Source: a virus
Lineage: Duplodnaviria; Caudoviricetes
Strand: one strand, 5' to 3'
DNA length: 60,041 nucleotides
Virus record (IMG/VR): IMGVR_UViG_3300036841_000070
Coordinates: 1 to 60,041 of that record
Shown here: piece after piece, positions 37,784-46,655 of the stretch
How the letters are laid out: the number at the start of each line of letters is the position of its first letter
How positions within the stretch are numbered: the first letter of the stretch is position 1
Made by a program: the position numbers and the translations under genes
The notes under the pieces: generated by a model
What the model was told of the DNA's origin: nothing
The model's input: only the letters and a program-made list of their open reading frames with translations
The model's database searches: none

Positions 37784-38592
37784 TGCTTCTCCCAGTCGAT
37801 GCGCTTTTCCCAGTCGGGCACAAAGTCATCCAAGAAGTTCCTCCAGTGGCAGAGCATTCGCTTGCCAGGAGCGCTAATGTAGTGCGGCCCCCACTTCTTG
37901 TAGATGAGTCTATGGCTTAGTTCCTGGCCCTCTAGTCTGCTGGCCTCGCTCTCTCCGTGGAAGTCGTTGATACCTCCTCTTGTGTAGCGCCCGGCAACGC
38001 TCGTACCATTGACGCCGGCGTGAATATACCAAGTGGCCTGCAACGCTGCCATACCTTGGCGGACTAGCTCGTCATCTCCCCAGCCAGAGTGCAGCCGCAC
38101 ATCGAAGTTGCCGATGGCAATAACGCGCTGTACGTTGAGGCTAAACAACCGCTTACCCAGAGCGCTTGTACTCATGAGCGGGCGATCTTCTCTCTTCATT
38201 GTCTCGTTGCCAAACAGCAAACCGTAGAACGGTACCATAATGCCGATGCCGAGCGTGTTGAGTCCGTTCCATTCGAACAGCCTATTGACATCGTTATCTG
38301 GCTTTGGATAGATGTCGTCGTCCGACATTATGAGGCGGTCACAGCCCATGCCGTTCGCCAGGAGGACGATCTGGTGCCTGCTGTAGTTAATGCCTCTGTT
38401 GCTTTCCGGCAATTTGATAATACGAACTTTTGGCTGGCCGTTCTTGTCGCGACCTAGATGCTTATGGTAGTCAGGTGCCTCCTGCTTCTCAACAACCAGA
38501 ATGATCTCGTCTACGTCCTGCTGCCGCCACTTAGGCAGTGTCTTATCAAGCAGCCAGGAGCGCCCTCTTGTTGGTATGAAAACTACTGCCAT
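37780..38592 (-). CDS. GT-A glycosyltransferase (TET-associated/GREB1-like), candidate DNA glycosyltransferase
   Basis: VFIPTRGR, GI..SR, MSDDDI, GDD, GG, L..KW. Confidence 0.7.
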   Translation of the reverse strand: MAVVFIPTRGRSWLLDKTLPKWRQQDVDEIILVVEKQEAPDYHKHLGRDKNGQPKVRIIKLPESNRGINYSRHQIVLLANGMGCDRLIMSDDDIYPKPDNDVNRLFEWNGLNTLGIGIMVPFYGLLFGNETMKREDRPLMSTSALGKRLFSLNVQRVIAIGNFDVRLHSGWGDDELVRQGMAALQATWYIHAGVNGTSVAGRYTRGGINDFHGESEASRLEGQELSHRLIYKKWGPHYISAPGKRMLCHWRNFLDDFVPDWEKRIDWEKQ

Positions 38593-38766
38593 CTAGTCCA
38601 GCCTAACCTTGAAGTCAGCGACGCTGCTGGTCTCTGTGATAACGCTTTCGGCGGCTTGGTCGAGGTTCGCCTCGATGTTCTCAATTGTTTCCTCGATATC
38701 TTTGTCGCTCTGTCCCTTGATAGTTGCCTCGACCGTCCAGCTGACGTTCTCCGTGTACTCTTCCAT
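38593..38766 (-). CDS. Small acidic protein (57 aa)
   Basis: MEEYTENVSW...; GGGAGG RBS; abuts both neighbours. Confidence 0.6.
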   Translation of the reverse strand: MEEYTENVSWTVEATIKGQSDKDIEETIENIEANLDQAAESVITETSSVADFKVRLD

Positions 38767-39083
38767 CAGAAGGCCCTCCCGTGTCTGAACTCACGTTGGC
38801 GGTTTACTGACATTTTGTAGAGCACCGCGTCGTCGAGGTCAATCCTACGCGCGCCGCAGAAGTCAAGCAGGCGGATCATAAGGTCTGCACACTCAAGGAT
38901 TAGCTCGGCCTCCTGCTCATTGCGCAAAGCCTCAAGCATCTCGCTGGCCTCGCTATGTATGAGAGCGATCTTCTCCGGCCAGATGCTCTTGTTCTCTCTG
39001 CCATCGATAACTAGGTGATCCCAGAAGCCGTGCTCCTTAGCTGTATTGTGGCACTCGATTGCCATGTCTGTCAAATAACTCAT
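38766..39083 (-). CDS. MazG-like nucleotide pyrophosphohydrolase
   Basis: ALIHSEASEMLEALR...ECADLMIRLLD...KM..N..R...HG. Confidence 0.85.
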   Translation of the reverse strand: MSYLTDMAIECHNTAKEHGFWDHLVIDGRENKSIWPEKIALIHSEASEMLEALRNEQEAELILECADLMIRLLDFCGARRIDLDDAVLYKMSVNRQREFRHGRAF

Positions 39084-39097
39084 TAGACCTCGATTTG

Positions 39098-42000
39098 TTA
39101 CGGCTCGATAATCCATAACCTATCTACTTGGACCCCATATCTAGGCTTCCGGCCTGCCACAAGCACCAGCCTATCCGGATGTTCCCGCAGATCAAAGAGG
39201 TCCGCTTTGAAGTGTGGCCATCTCCAGCGGTTAACTTTGAGCATTGTCTGGTCATCCGCATCCCTAGCGTACAGGATAGCGAACTCTCTGAGGTGCGGGT
39301 CTTTGATATTTTCAAGGTCGTCGGTGTTGCCGCGTGCGACGTTGATCTCGAAAATGTCGCGGACGTTCATGCGGACAACTTCCCCCAACCAAACGACCTT
39401 TGTGCCCTGGGGCGCTTCATCTAGCTCTCGACTCGTGTGAGTAGGGAACGGTAGTGGTTCTGTTCCGTCAAATAGCTTGCCATCAGATAGTTCCTGCTCG
39501 ATGGCTATGATGCTCTTCTCAAGTCGGTAAATGTCGTATGGATCTTCTAGTGCTATCCACTCCTTGATCTTCTCGATTGTCTTGGGGCCGATACCTCTGA
39601 TCTTGACTAGCTCGTCCCAGTCGGCGGGATCGGCTTCGATGATGGAGGTAGCAGTCTTGCGTCCAATTCCCTTGATTTGGCTGTAGCCCGCTCGTATGCG
39701 ACCTGCGCCATCAGGCTTCCAAGAGCCATCAGATCGGCCAACTCGTGGCTTGAGGATACGGATACCGTGCCGGTCCGCGTCACGGAGAATGTCTCGCTGC
39801 TTATGCTCACCGTAATGTCTAACCGATGCACTGTAGAACTCCGCTGGGTAGTGGACTTTGAACCACATTGTCCAGTATGCGAGCAGCCCGTATGCTACGC
39901 AGTGTGCTGCGTTGAACGCATACGAGCCGCTTGTGATCATATCGCCCCAGACCTTGCGGGCTTGTTGCTCGGAGATGGGTGGAAAGTCCGTGCGTTCAGG
40001 AAGCGTCTGGCAACCTTCCCAGAAACGCCCCCAAGAACGATTGAACTCTTGTTCGCCAATCTTCCTTGAGATGATCTTACGTATGTAAGCTGCGTGTGTC
40101 CATGGGAAGTCACCAACCTCACGAACAATGCGTAGAATTTGTTCTTGGTATACGATTTGGAACTGCGTGGTTTGCGTAATGATATCGACGGCTGGATGAA
40201 AACGCTCAGCTTGGGTTCGACCGAACTTGATCGCAGCGTACATGCTAGCCGCGCCGTTATGAAGCGGTCCCGGCCGAGACAGAGCGTTGCAGTCCATAAT
40301 CTCTGTAAACCGTTCTGGCTTAAGGATTTGGCAGACTGACCGCATAGCTCTACCATCGAATTGGAATACCGCCGTGACGTCGTTTCGCTTGAAACCGTCA
40401 TAAACCTCCTGATCGTTTAGTGGTATAGCATACAGATCGTCGATGGTCTGGTTCGTCCAACGCAGCATCGTCCAGAGCGCACTCATCGTGGAAAGTCCAA
40501 GGAAGTCCATCTTGAGGAGTCCCTGGCGCTCGGCGTCGTACTTGTCGAAAGCGACTACGTCAGCGTAAGTATCGCCAATCTTTTTGTGGTAGATAGCTGC
40601 CACGTCCCGGATATCGGAACTGGCGACCACATATGCGGCTGCGTGTACTCCGGACCCTCGAACATTACCTTCAAGTAGTTCGGCCCTTCTGAGATCGGGA
40701 TACCTTTCAACAACGTCGGCAGCTTGAGGGAATTGTTCAATAGTGTCTTCAACAGTTGCACTTGCTCGTAGGTCACCGCTCGACCTTTCTATCAGGAAGC
40801 TCTTGATCGTTTCGACTTCAAACTTCGGTACGTGATAGACTCTGGCTATATCGTCCAGAGCCAGCTTTCCTTTGAAGTAGGTGAAAGTTCCAATGTTAGC
40901 GACAGATGGATAACGAGTCGCCAGATAATCACGAAGAATACCCTGGTCACGTACCTCGCTTGGGAAGTCGATATCAATATCTGGTAAGTCCTCACGAGTA
41001 ACGTCGATGAACCTCTCGAAAATGAGTAGTGGAAATCGGAGTGGATCGACTTCCGTGATTCGGAGCACAAACGCCGCCAGACTCCCGGCGGCAGATCCAC
41101 GGGCTGGACCGACTGGTATACCTCGGTCTTTGATATAGGTGATCGCATCGGCCACAATGAGGAAATAATTCTCATAGCCCTTCTGCTCAATTAGGTCAAC
41201 CTCGTACTGTAGGCGCTTCTTGTACTTGGCTCGCTCAGCACCCGGCAACTTATCAAAGCCACGGAACTTCCAACCCTCGCGGAGCAAGTGCCTCCAGTAG
41301 CTTCTCACATCCTGCCAACCCTCGGGTAAGGGGAAGCTAGGCATCGGCAGGCGCGGCAGTGTGACACAGGCTTCTTCACCTATGTCAGCAGTGGCCTGCA
41401 CGGCGGCTACGGCCTGCCTTTTGGAAAGCCCTGTTCCTTGTAGCTTACGAACGATGGCGCCGTCGTTGATTGGCGGGCAAAGCCCGATGTCATAGCCCCA
41501 ATCTCGCTCCATTTCTTCGAGAGTACGACGTTCACCAGGACGAAGATTGTGAAGAATCTTCTGAACCTCGGCCTCTTCCAGAGCCGTGTAGTGGCAATCC
41601 ATCGAAGCGACCAGCTTGGCTCCCACTCGATCCGCAACACGTGCAAGTAGTGGACCTGCCCTTCTGTGTGACTCAAGTTCAGGAAAACCTTGAACTTCGA
41701 TGCAGTAAGCACTTCCAAACGCTGCCTTGAATCGCCTTGCCACTTTGAGCCCTCTAGCAAACGACGCATGTTTGGGATCAAGACCCTTGCCTCCTACTAG
41801 GCTACAGAACAGCAGCGAGCCTGAACATCCGCTAAGGATGACTAGGCCCGCCTTGTGCTCGACTAGTGTCTCGAAGTTGACGGTTGGTTCGTAGCGGAAT
41901 CCTGTTTCACCAGGTTCTACTGGCCCGCCGTCCTCGGTGCGCTGCCAGCTTAGCGTTACCATGCGCAGCAAGTTCCTGTAACCTTCAGCGTCGATGGCTA

Positions 42001-42388
42001 GCACGGTGAGGTGCATCTTACGCTTGCCGTCAGGGTCCCAAGGACACGGTGTGTATAGCTCGCAGCCAAAGATCGGCTTGACGCCATTGCCGAGCTTCTC
42101 GATTGACTCCTCGAACTTGACGTGGCTATCGAGGTTGCCGTGTTCGGTTAGCGCCAGGCTACCCATCTGGAGTTCTTGCGCCCGTCGAACATGCGCCTCC
42201 GGAAGCTGGTAGCCATCCATATAGGAGAAGGTGCTATGATGATGTAGGCTTACGAACCTCATCGGTCGCTTGTTGCCTCTTACCACCTTCCTTCGCAGCA
42301 GCAATGGCTCTTTGTGGCTGGGTATCTTGTCCGCTGCGAGGCTGTGAGCCAAAGGCCCTCTGATACGTTGGGTCTTGTTCTCGGTCAT
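39098..42388 (-). CDS. dnaE: DNA polymerase III alpha subunit (DnaE-like)
   Basis: PHP LHHHSTFS.MDG, TEHG; GPARGSAAGS; FERF; PDIDIDF; KMDFLGL; YAFN.AH; start may be 42262. Confidence 0.95.
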   Translation of the reverse strand: MTENKTQRIRGPLAHSLAADKIPSHKEPLLLRRKVVRGNKRPMRFVSLHHHSTFSYMDGYQLPEAHVRRAQELQMGSLALTEHGNLDSHVKFEESIEKLGNGVKPIFGCELYTPCPWDPDGKRKMHLTVLAIDAEGYRNLLRMVTLSWQRTEDGGPVEPGETGFRYEPTVNFETLVEHKAGLVILSGCSGSLLFCSLVGGKGLDPKHASFARGLKVARRFKAAFGSAYCIEVQGFPELESHRRAGPLLARVADRVGAKLVASMDCHYTALEEAEVQKILHNLRPGERRTLEEMERDWGYDIGLCPPINDGAIVRKLQGTGLSKRQAVAAVQATADIGEEACVTLPRLPMPSFPLPEGWQDVRSYWRHLLREGWKFRGFDKLPGAERAKYKKRLQYEVDLIEQKGYENYFLIVADAITYIKDRGIPVGPARGSAAGSLAAFVLRITEVDPLRFPLLIFERFIDVTREDLPDIDIDFPSEVRDQGILRDYLATRYPSVANIGTFTYFKGKLALDDIARVYHVPKFEVETIKSFLIERSSGDLRASATVEDTIEQFPQAADVVERYPDLRRAELLEGNVRGSGVHAAAYVVASSDIRDVAAIYHKKIGDTYADVVAFDKYDAERQGLLKMDFLGLSTMSALWTMLRWTNQTIDDLYAIPLNDQEVYDGFKRNDVTAVFQFDGRAMRSVCQILKPERFTEIMDCNALSRPGPLHNGAASMYAAIKFGRTQAERFHPAVDIITQTTQFQIVYQEQILRIVREVGDFPWTHAAYIRKIISRKIGEQEFNRSWGRFWEGCQTLPERTDFPPISEQQARKVWGDMITSGSYAFNAAHCVAYGLLAYWTMWFKVHYPAEFYSASVRHYGEHKQRDILRDADRHGIRILKPRVGRSDGSWKPDGAGRIRAGYSQIKGIGRKTATSIIEADPADWDELVKIRGIGPKTIEKIKEWIALEDPYDIYRLEKSIIAIEQELSDGKLFDGTEPLPFPTHTSRELDEAPQGTKVVWLGEVVRMNVRDIFEINVARGNTDDLENIKDPHLREFAILYARDADDQTMLKVNRWRWPHFKADLFDLREHPDRLVLVAGRKPRYGVQVDRLWIIEP

Positions 42389-42635
42389 AGAGGTAGAGTG
42401 AGATTAGAATGTTGCCGAGGAGGTCTTCCAGTATCTCTTCTGGCTGCTCACCGATGAGGTTTTCTTCGTGCCACATTGCCTTTCTGAGCTTACGCATCTT
42501 TCTGTGCATGTCACTGTACTGCCCTGCCAGGCCGAGGTCTTCAAACGCATCGCCGTAGTCAACTGACTTGCTCCTGAACCTCTGAACCGCCTGCGGCAGA
42601 ATCTTGTTGAGCATGACTGCGTAGGGGTTCTCCAT
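42234..42635 (-). CDS. DUF1599 / nucleotide-modification-associated (MazG-fold-like) protein
   Basis: F..K..DYG, K..KL, E.L.DL.GN pattern; GGAAGGAG RBS. Confidence 0.65.
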   Translation of the reverse strand: MENPYAVMLNKILPQAVQRFRSKSVDYGDAFEDLGLAGQYSDMHRKMRKLRKAMWHEENLIGEQPEEILEDLLGNILISLYLYDREQDPTYQRAFGSQPRSGQDTQPQRAIAAAKEGGKRQQATDEVRKPTSS

Positions 42636-43275
42636 ATCGCTCCTTCCAAATGCGAATTCTGTCCCTGATGACACGTTCTGCCATAGGAAGGCTAGCAGCC
42701 CTTGGGTTAAATGTGAAGGCTTTATTGAACGCATTCATCCGTAGGATTGGCGCCCGCTCGCCAAACAACGTGCGAGCCTCTAACAGTTCTTCCTCTAGAT
42801 CATCGAGCACCGCGCAGACGCGCTCCGCTCCTACCAGTGCAGCGAGCTTCTGATACTTGTCACCATCGTAGATCAGATAGTCGTAGCGGATGTTGTTACG
42901 ACGCAGCCACTCCCTGGTATCGGGATCGATGTTGTCGTGCCTGATGTACGGGCGCGTTGTGGTGACCCATAGCTCTGCGCCCTCTTGCATGACACTGCGA
43001 CAGAGCGCCGCTGCGCCGTCGTACACAGGCATGGTGCGCTTCATGCCGCCCTGCCGGTAGGCCAACTTGATGTCGTGCCATGCGTCGGTATTGACGCGAT
43101 AGGTCGTACAAAACCACTCCTTGAACGGCTGGTTGCCGACGTAGTGATCGTAGACGCGGCGATTGATGTAGCCCGAGGCGTACTCCAGAAAATGCTTATG
43201 GTACTGCCCCATCGTACCGTCGATGTCTATAGCGACGACCGGCTTGATCGTCTTGTTACACTCGGTGCATTTCAT
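42559..43275 (-). CDS. HAD-family phosphatase / 5'-nucleotidase-like
   Basis: AIDIDGT motif I, TTR motif II, K, LDD motif IV. Confidence 0.8.
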   Translation of the reverse strand: MKCTECNKTIKPVVAIDIDGTMGQYHKHFLEYASGYINRRVYDHYVGNQPFKEWFCTTYRVNTDAWHDIKLAYRQGGMKRTMPVYDGAAALCRSVMQEGAELWVTTTRPYIRHDNIDPDTREWLRRNNIRYDYLIYDGDKYQKLAALVGAERVCAVLDDLEEELLEARTLFGERAPILRMNAFNKAFTFNPRAASLPMAERVIRDRIRIWKERYGEPLRSHAQQDSAAGGSEVQEQVS

Positions 43276-43286
43276 AAGCCTCCCTT

Positions 43287-43361
43287 CATGCAGGCCCTGG
43301 GGATCGAACCCAGCCTGACGCACCCGTAACGGCCGCCTGCACCCCTGTGCTGGCCTGCATG
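43287..43361 (-). ncRNA. Non-canonical tRNA-like element 1
   Basis: Closing stem CATGCAGGCC/GGCCTGCATG, mini D arm GCAC-AGGG-GTGC, T arm CTGGG-TTCGATC-CCCAG; irregular anticodon arm, no CCA. Confidence 0.6.
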
Positions 43362-43365
43362 GATT

Positions 43366-43393
43366 TGAATGGAAAACACAAAAATTTCCTGAT
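43366..43393. repeat. 28-bp AT-rich motif, copy 6
   Basis: TGAATGGAAAACACAAAAATTTCCTGAT, immediately upstream (minus strand) of tRNA-like element 1. Confidence 0.7.
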
Positions 43394-43408
43394 TTCGCGC
43401 CAGCCTCA

Positions 43409-44227
43409 CTACAGATGATGACTTGCTCCGGGCTGGATAGAGCCGAACTGTTCTGCTATTGCAGCGAGTGTGCGCTCAAATGCATGGTGAGTCAGAACGC
43501 CGCGTTGCCAAGTGCCCATACGCCCGGCCCTTATCACATTCGGATGGCAGTCGCAGTCTGTGCCGACGATCTTGAAGCCAGGCTCCCACTTTTTGTTTGT
43601 GACTAGGTGCGGCTCGGCCCGCGCCTCCAGGCTCTTATGACCGAATATGTTGCTAGCTCGATACCAGGAGAACGCATGAGTTCCGTTATACACCACCCAG
43701 TTACTGTCGAGGTCGAATGTGCTAAGCGCATCGTGGTTGCCTTCGATGTCCTTGCGAACGAGCGTGTTGACCGTTTTGAAGTAATGCTCGTTTGGCTTCA
43801 AGCAGATAGCCCAGAGCGGGACCGTGCTGATTACTAGATCAAAGTGACCAGTAAACTCAGAAACCTCCTCCGGGCCAATCGTCCAGTCAGCTATCGAGTC
43901 CTGGAACTTAGTCCAAGCAGCGGCGTATGTTTCGCGTAGGTCCCAAGCCTGCGCTTCGTCCCGCACCTTATCCCACGATGTAGGCATTGTTCCCAGCCCG
44001 TAGACACGCTCCGCGTAGACTTCCGGCACCCCGATGCGGTGCGTGCGGATAGTGCTGGGAGAAGCCTGGGAAGTTAGCCCCGGTATTGGCTTGTGCAAAT
44101 ACTGTGCGCCGTAGATGACTGACTGTACCTTCTTGCTAATGATGGCAGGCTCGATGCCGTGCAACGCCAGAGCCTGCGCAGCGAACAGCCCTGCTGGGCC
44201 GCAACCTAAGACTGCAACAGTAGGAAT
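43409..44227 (-). CDS. FAD/NAD-dependent oxidoreductase (sugar mutase-like), probable ATT start
   Basis: VAVLGCGPAG Rossmann motif lies upstream of the first canonical start; ISTVP and GR.GTW motifs; AAGGAGG 7 nt before ATT. Confidence 0.7.
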   Translation of the reverse strand: MPTVAVLGCGPAGLFAAQALALHGIEPAIISKKVQSVIYGAQYLHKPIPGLTSQASPSTIRTHRIGVPEVYAERVYGLGTMPTSWDKVRDEAQAWDLRETYAAAWTKFQDSIADWTIGPEEVSEFTGHFDLVISTVPLWAICLKPNEHYFKTVNTLVRKDIEGNHDALSTFDLDSNWVVYNGTHAFSWYRASNIFGHKSLEARAEPHLVTNKKWEPGFKIVGTDCDCHPNVIRAGRMGTWQRGVLTHHAFERTLAAIAEQFGSIQPGASHHL

Positions 44228-44535
44228 GGTTCCGCCTCCTTGGCTTGCCGCACCAGATCGTCGATGAACTCTAGCCGCTGTACTCTTGCCATTGGCTTTA
44301 CTTTGAACATATAGCTGTATTCATTTTGCCTCCCCGCTCCCACAACGACAGTTACCTCGTTCTTGAAATGGTTCCAGATAACCTCGATGGGGATTAGGTC
44401 CGACAAAGCAGCGCGCATCTTGGCGTAAGTCAAGCGGCCGGTATCGAGCGGCCAGCCAAGCGCTAGGTGTAGGTCAGATTCGTATATGTCGTTGCCCACG
44501 AACAGGAGGCTATCCATATTGACGAGCTTCGACAT
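44206..44535 (-). CDS. Hypothetical protein
   Basis: GAGG RBS; operon context. Confidence 0.55.
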   Translation of the reverse strand: MSKLVNMDSLLFVGNDIYESDLHLALGWPLDTGRLTYAKMRAALSDLIPIEVIWNHFKNEVTVVVGAGRQNEYSYMFKVKPMARVQRLEFIDDLVRQAKEAEPFLLLQS

Positions 44536-44569
44536 TTCCTCGCCTACTAACAATTCAGACTCACTCCTC

Positions 44570-44606
44570 AAAAAAAGAGTGGCGGGCGACCCTGGGGCCG
44601 CCCACC
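44570..44606 (-). terminator. Rho-independent terminator
   Basis: GGTGGGCGGC/GTCGCCCGCC stem followed by ACTCTTTTTTT. Confidence 0.75.
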
Positions 44607-44615
44607 TTGAACTCT

Positions 44616-45398
44616 TTAGACTGGCTCCTCCACGTCGTCTGTGCGGAGGCGGGCGATCAGAACGGTACGCTTGCCCTTGGTCTCCAGCTGACGGTCGGAC
44701 AACTCCTGGCGGAGCGCGACGACACTCATGCTCTCGTAGTTGTCGCCCTCGGCCTCCTCCTCGTCATCCTCCTCGTCCTCATCTTCTTCTTCGTCAAGCT
44801 CCTCCTCGTCCTCGTCCTCCTCAGCCTCCGTCTGTTCGCGGATCGCGTCACGGATGTCGTCGTCGGACATGGACTTACGGACGGACACTTCCAGGCCCTG
44901 CTCCTTGATGAGCGCCTTCAACTCTGCGCGGCTGAGGTCGTCAAGGTTGCCGTCCTCGGCCTCCTCATCTTCCTCCTCCTCGTCCTCATCGACATCCGGC
45001 TCGGCCTTCATGATCTTGCCGATGTTGGGGCGGTAGTCGCCGCTCAGGTCGGTGCCCTCACGGAGCCTGATCATGGCCTCCTTGCCCTCGATGGTGGCAA
45101 GGTTGCCGCCGCGCGCCTTGAGGCTGAAGGCGACGACCAACTCCTTGAGCCTACGCGCCCAGCTGGACTCGATGTCGAGTGGCGCGTAGTACCAAAGCTG
45201 GCCGTACTGCTCCTTGATCTTCTTGCCATCGGCGTCCTTTGTGATCTGGAAAACGACCTCGACCATTTCCTCGTCGTTGGTCTTTGACCGCTTCTGATCG
45301 ACACCGACGACCTTGGCGTAGTATACGCCCACAGGTGCCTGCTTGAATCCGGAGGCTTCGATCCCCGAAGTGTCTCCGTATTTGATGACCTTCGCCAC
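44616..45398 (-). CDS. ssDNA-binding protein (DUF669-like) with acidic linker and C-terminal SAP-like motif
   Basis: P.G.Y...V OB-like N-terminus; poly-D/E; MSVVALRQEL..R.L.TKG.R..LI.RL. Confidence 0.65.
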   Translation of the reverse strand: MAKVIKYGDTSGIEASGFKQAPVGVYYAKVVGVDQKRSKTNDEEMVEVVFQITKDADGKKIKEQYGQLWYYAPLDIESSWARRLKELVVAFSLKARGGNLATIEGKEAMIRLREGTDLSGDYRPNIGKIMKAEPDVDEDEEEEDEEAEDGNLDDLSRAELKALIKEQGLEVSVRKSMSDDDIRDAIREQTEAEEDEDEEELDEEEDEDEEDDEEEAEGDNYESMSVVALRQELSDRQLETKGKRTVLIARLRTDDVEEPV

Positions 45399-46171
45399 TA
45401 CCTAGCTCCCTTCACCATACGTCGTCGTGGCTTCGCGCCGTTGTTGTCGGCGCGCTTCTTGCTGATAGCTTCTTCCAGCCTAGGGATTGTCGGGTTGAGC
45501 ATGAAGCCCTTGTCCGTGCAATCGAACTGATCCTTCGCGTAGATGTGTTCGGTTTCGTTCAGTTGCAGCCTCCTTGTGCCCTTGCTGGTAACTGTACCGA
45601 AAGCGACGATGTTGGAGTACCCGCACACCTTCATCGCCATGTTCTTACCCTGCACCCACGGCATCATCTTGCGGTCGATTTCCTCATCCTCAGGAGATGG
45701 GGATAGCTCAGCTGGCCAGGCCGTGATGCCGAAGTTGAATGCGCCCGAGTCGGATAGGGTAGCCATATCGCGTACCCACCGGCCAAGTCGCTGCATGTTG
45801 ATCCAGTAATCGCCTTTGTCAAGCCCATAGCGTTTACGTGCTGGCTTCTCGATGATGATCGTTTCCCAAAGATCATCCAAACCGATATCCTGATACGATG
45901 AGATGCTGTCGAACCAGACCCAGCTGTAGCGCTCGCTACCTTCATGCCGGCAATGTTCATAAACCTCCTCCATAGCCGACCAGTCGCGCACGACCCATTG
46001 CTTGTGACGCGGCTTATCTTCAGGAAGGATGCTGTCTACATAGTCTACAGGCGGCCTGATAAAGAGCGCGTGCCCTGGGCTTGTACCGGCGAGCCGGGTT
46101 TTGCCCCAGCCCGATGGTGCATTGAGGAATAGCTTGATAGACTTACTATCAGTTAGCGGGACGGCTGGCAC
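45398..46171 (-). CDS. AAA_24 / Sak4-like ATPase
   Basis: APSGWGKT, VWFDSIS, AKD, NPT. Confidence 0.8.
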   Translation of the reverse strand: MPAVPLTDSKSIKLFLNAPSGWGKTRLAGTSPGHALFIRPPVDYVDSILPEDKPRHKQWVVRDWSAMEEVYEHCRHEGSERYSWVWFDSISSYQDIGLDDLWETIIIEKPARKRYGLDKGDYWINMQRLGRWVRDMATLSDSGAFNFGITAWPAELSPSPEDEEIDRKMMPWVQGKNMAMKVCGYSNIVAFGTVTSKGTRRLQLNETEHIYAKDQFDCTDKGFMLNPTIPRLEEAISKKRADNNGAKPRRRMVKGAR

Positions 46172-46467
46172 TGTGTCTCCAGAAACTCTTTGATGTTGAC
46201 GTACTTGCCGTCGTGCCAGGTCGAGGATTCCAAGAACCAGTATGCCAGGCCCATCTGGTCAACGCTCTTGATGTCCCACTTATCGAACGATTCCTTGATC
46301 GTCAGTTCGCCGTCGCAGACTGTAGCCTCGACGCAGAACATCGGCAGGACGCTATTGACCAGACACTCTCTGCACCAAGCAAGCGAAACAGGGAACCCCG
46401 GCACGGCGGCAACACCCACCATCGGCTCCCGGTCGCAGATGTCGCATTTGTTATCGCCTGCCGTCAC
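46153..46467 (-). CDS. Cys-containing hypothetical protein
   Basis: CDIC...CREC; RBS present. Confidence 0.6.
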   Translation of the reverse strand: MTAGDNKCDICDREPMVGVAAVPGFPVSLAWCRECLVNSVLPMFCVEATVCDGELTIKESFDKWDIKSVDQMGLAYWFLESSTWHDGKYVNIKEFLETQCQPSR

Positions 46468-46655
46468 TTCTTCGCCTCCTTGACCTCCTTGACCTCCTTG
46501 ACCTCGTAGCGCGTCTTGATGTCGAGCTTCTCAGCCTCGGCGTTGGCGCGGTCGCAGGCGGCGCTCGCCTGCTCCCTCAGATCGTAATGGCTGTGCATGT
46601 TGTCCGTGCCCGAGATGACGACCCTGTATGGCTTGACTTCTTCCTGCTGCTTCAT
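46464..46655 (-). CDS. Hypothetical protein
   Basis: Coupled overlaps; EVK repeats. Confidence 0.6.
   Translation of the reverse strand: MKQQEEVKPYRVVISGTDNMHSHYDLREQASAACDRANAEAEKLDIKTRYEVKEVKEVKEAKK

Noticed and set aside
39098-42388. Intein or intron in DnaE, TerL or helicases
   Set aside because: Lengths are ordinary and no C..HN splice motifs or interrupted frames were seen
43287-43361. Ochre suppressor tRNA (TTA apex) / stop-codon recoding
   Set aside because: No 5-bp stem with 7-nt anticodon loop; genes end normally at TAA, TAG and TGA with no sign of recoding
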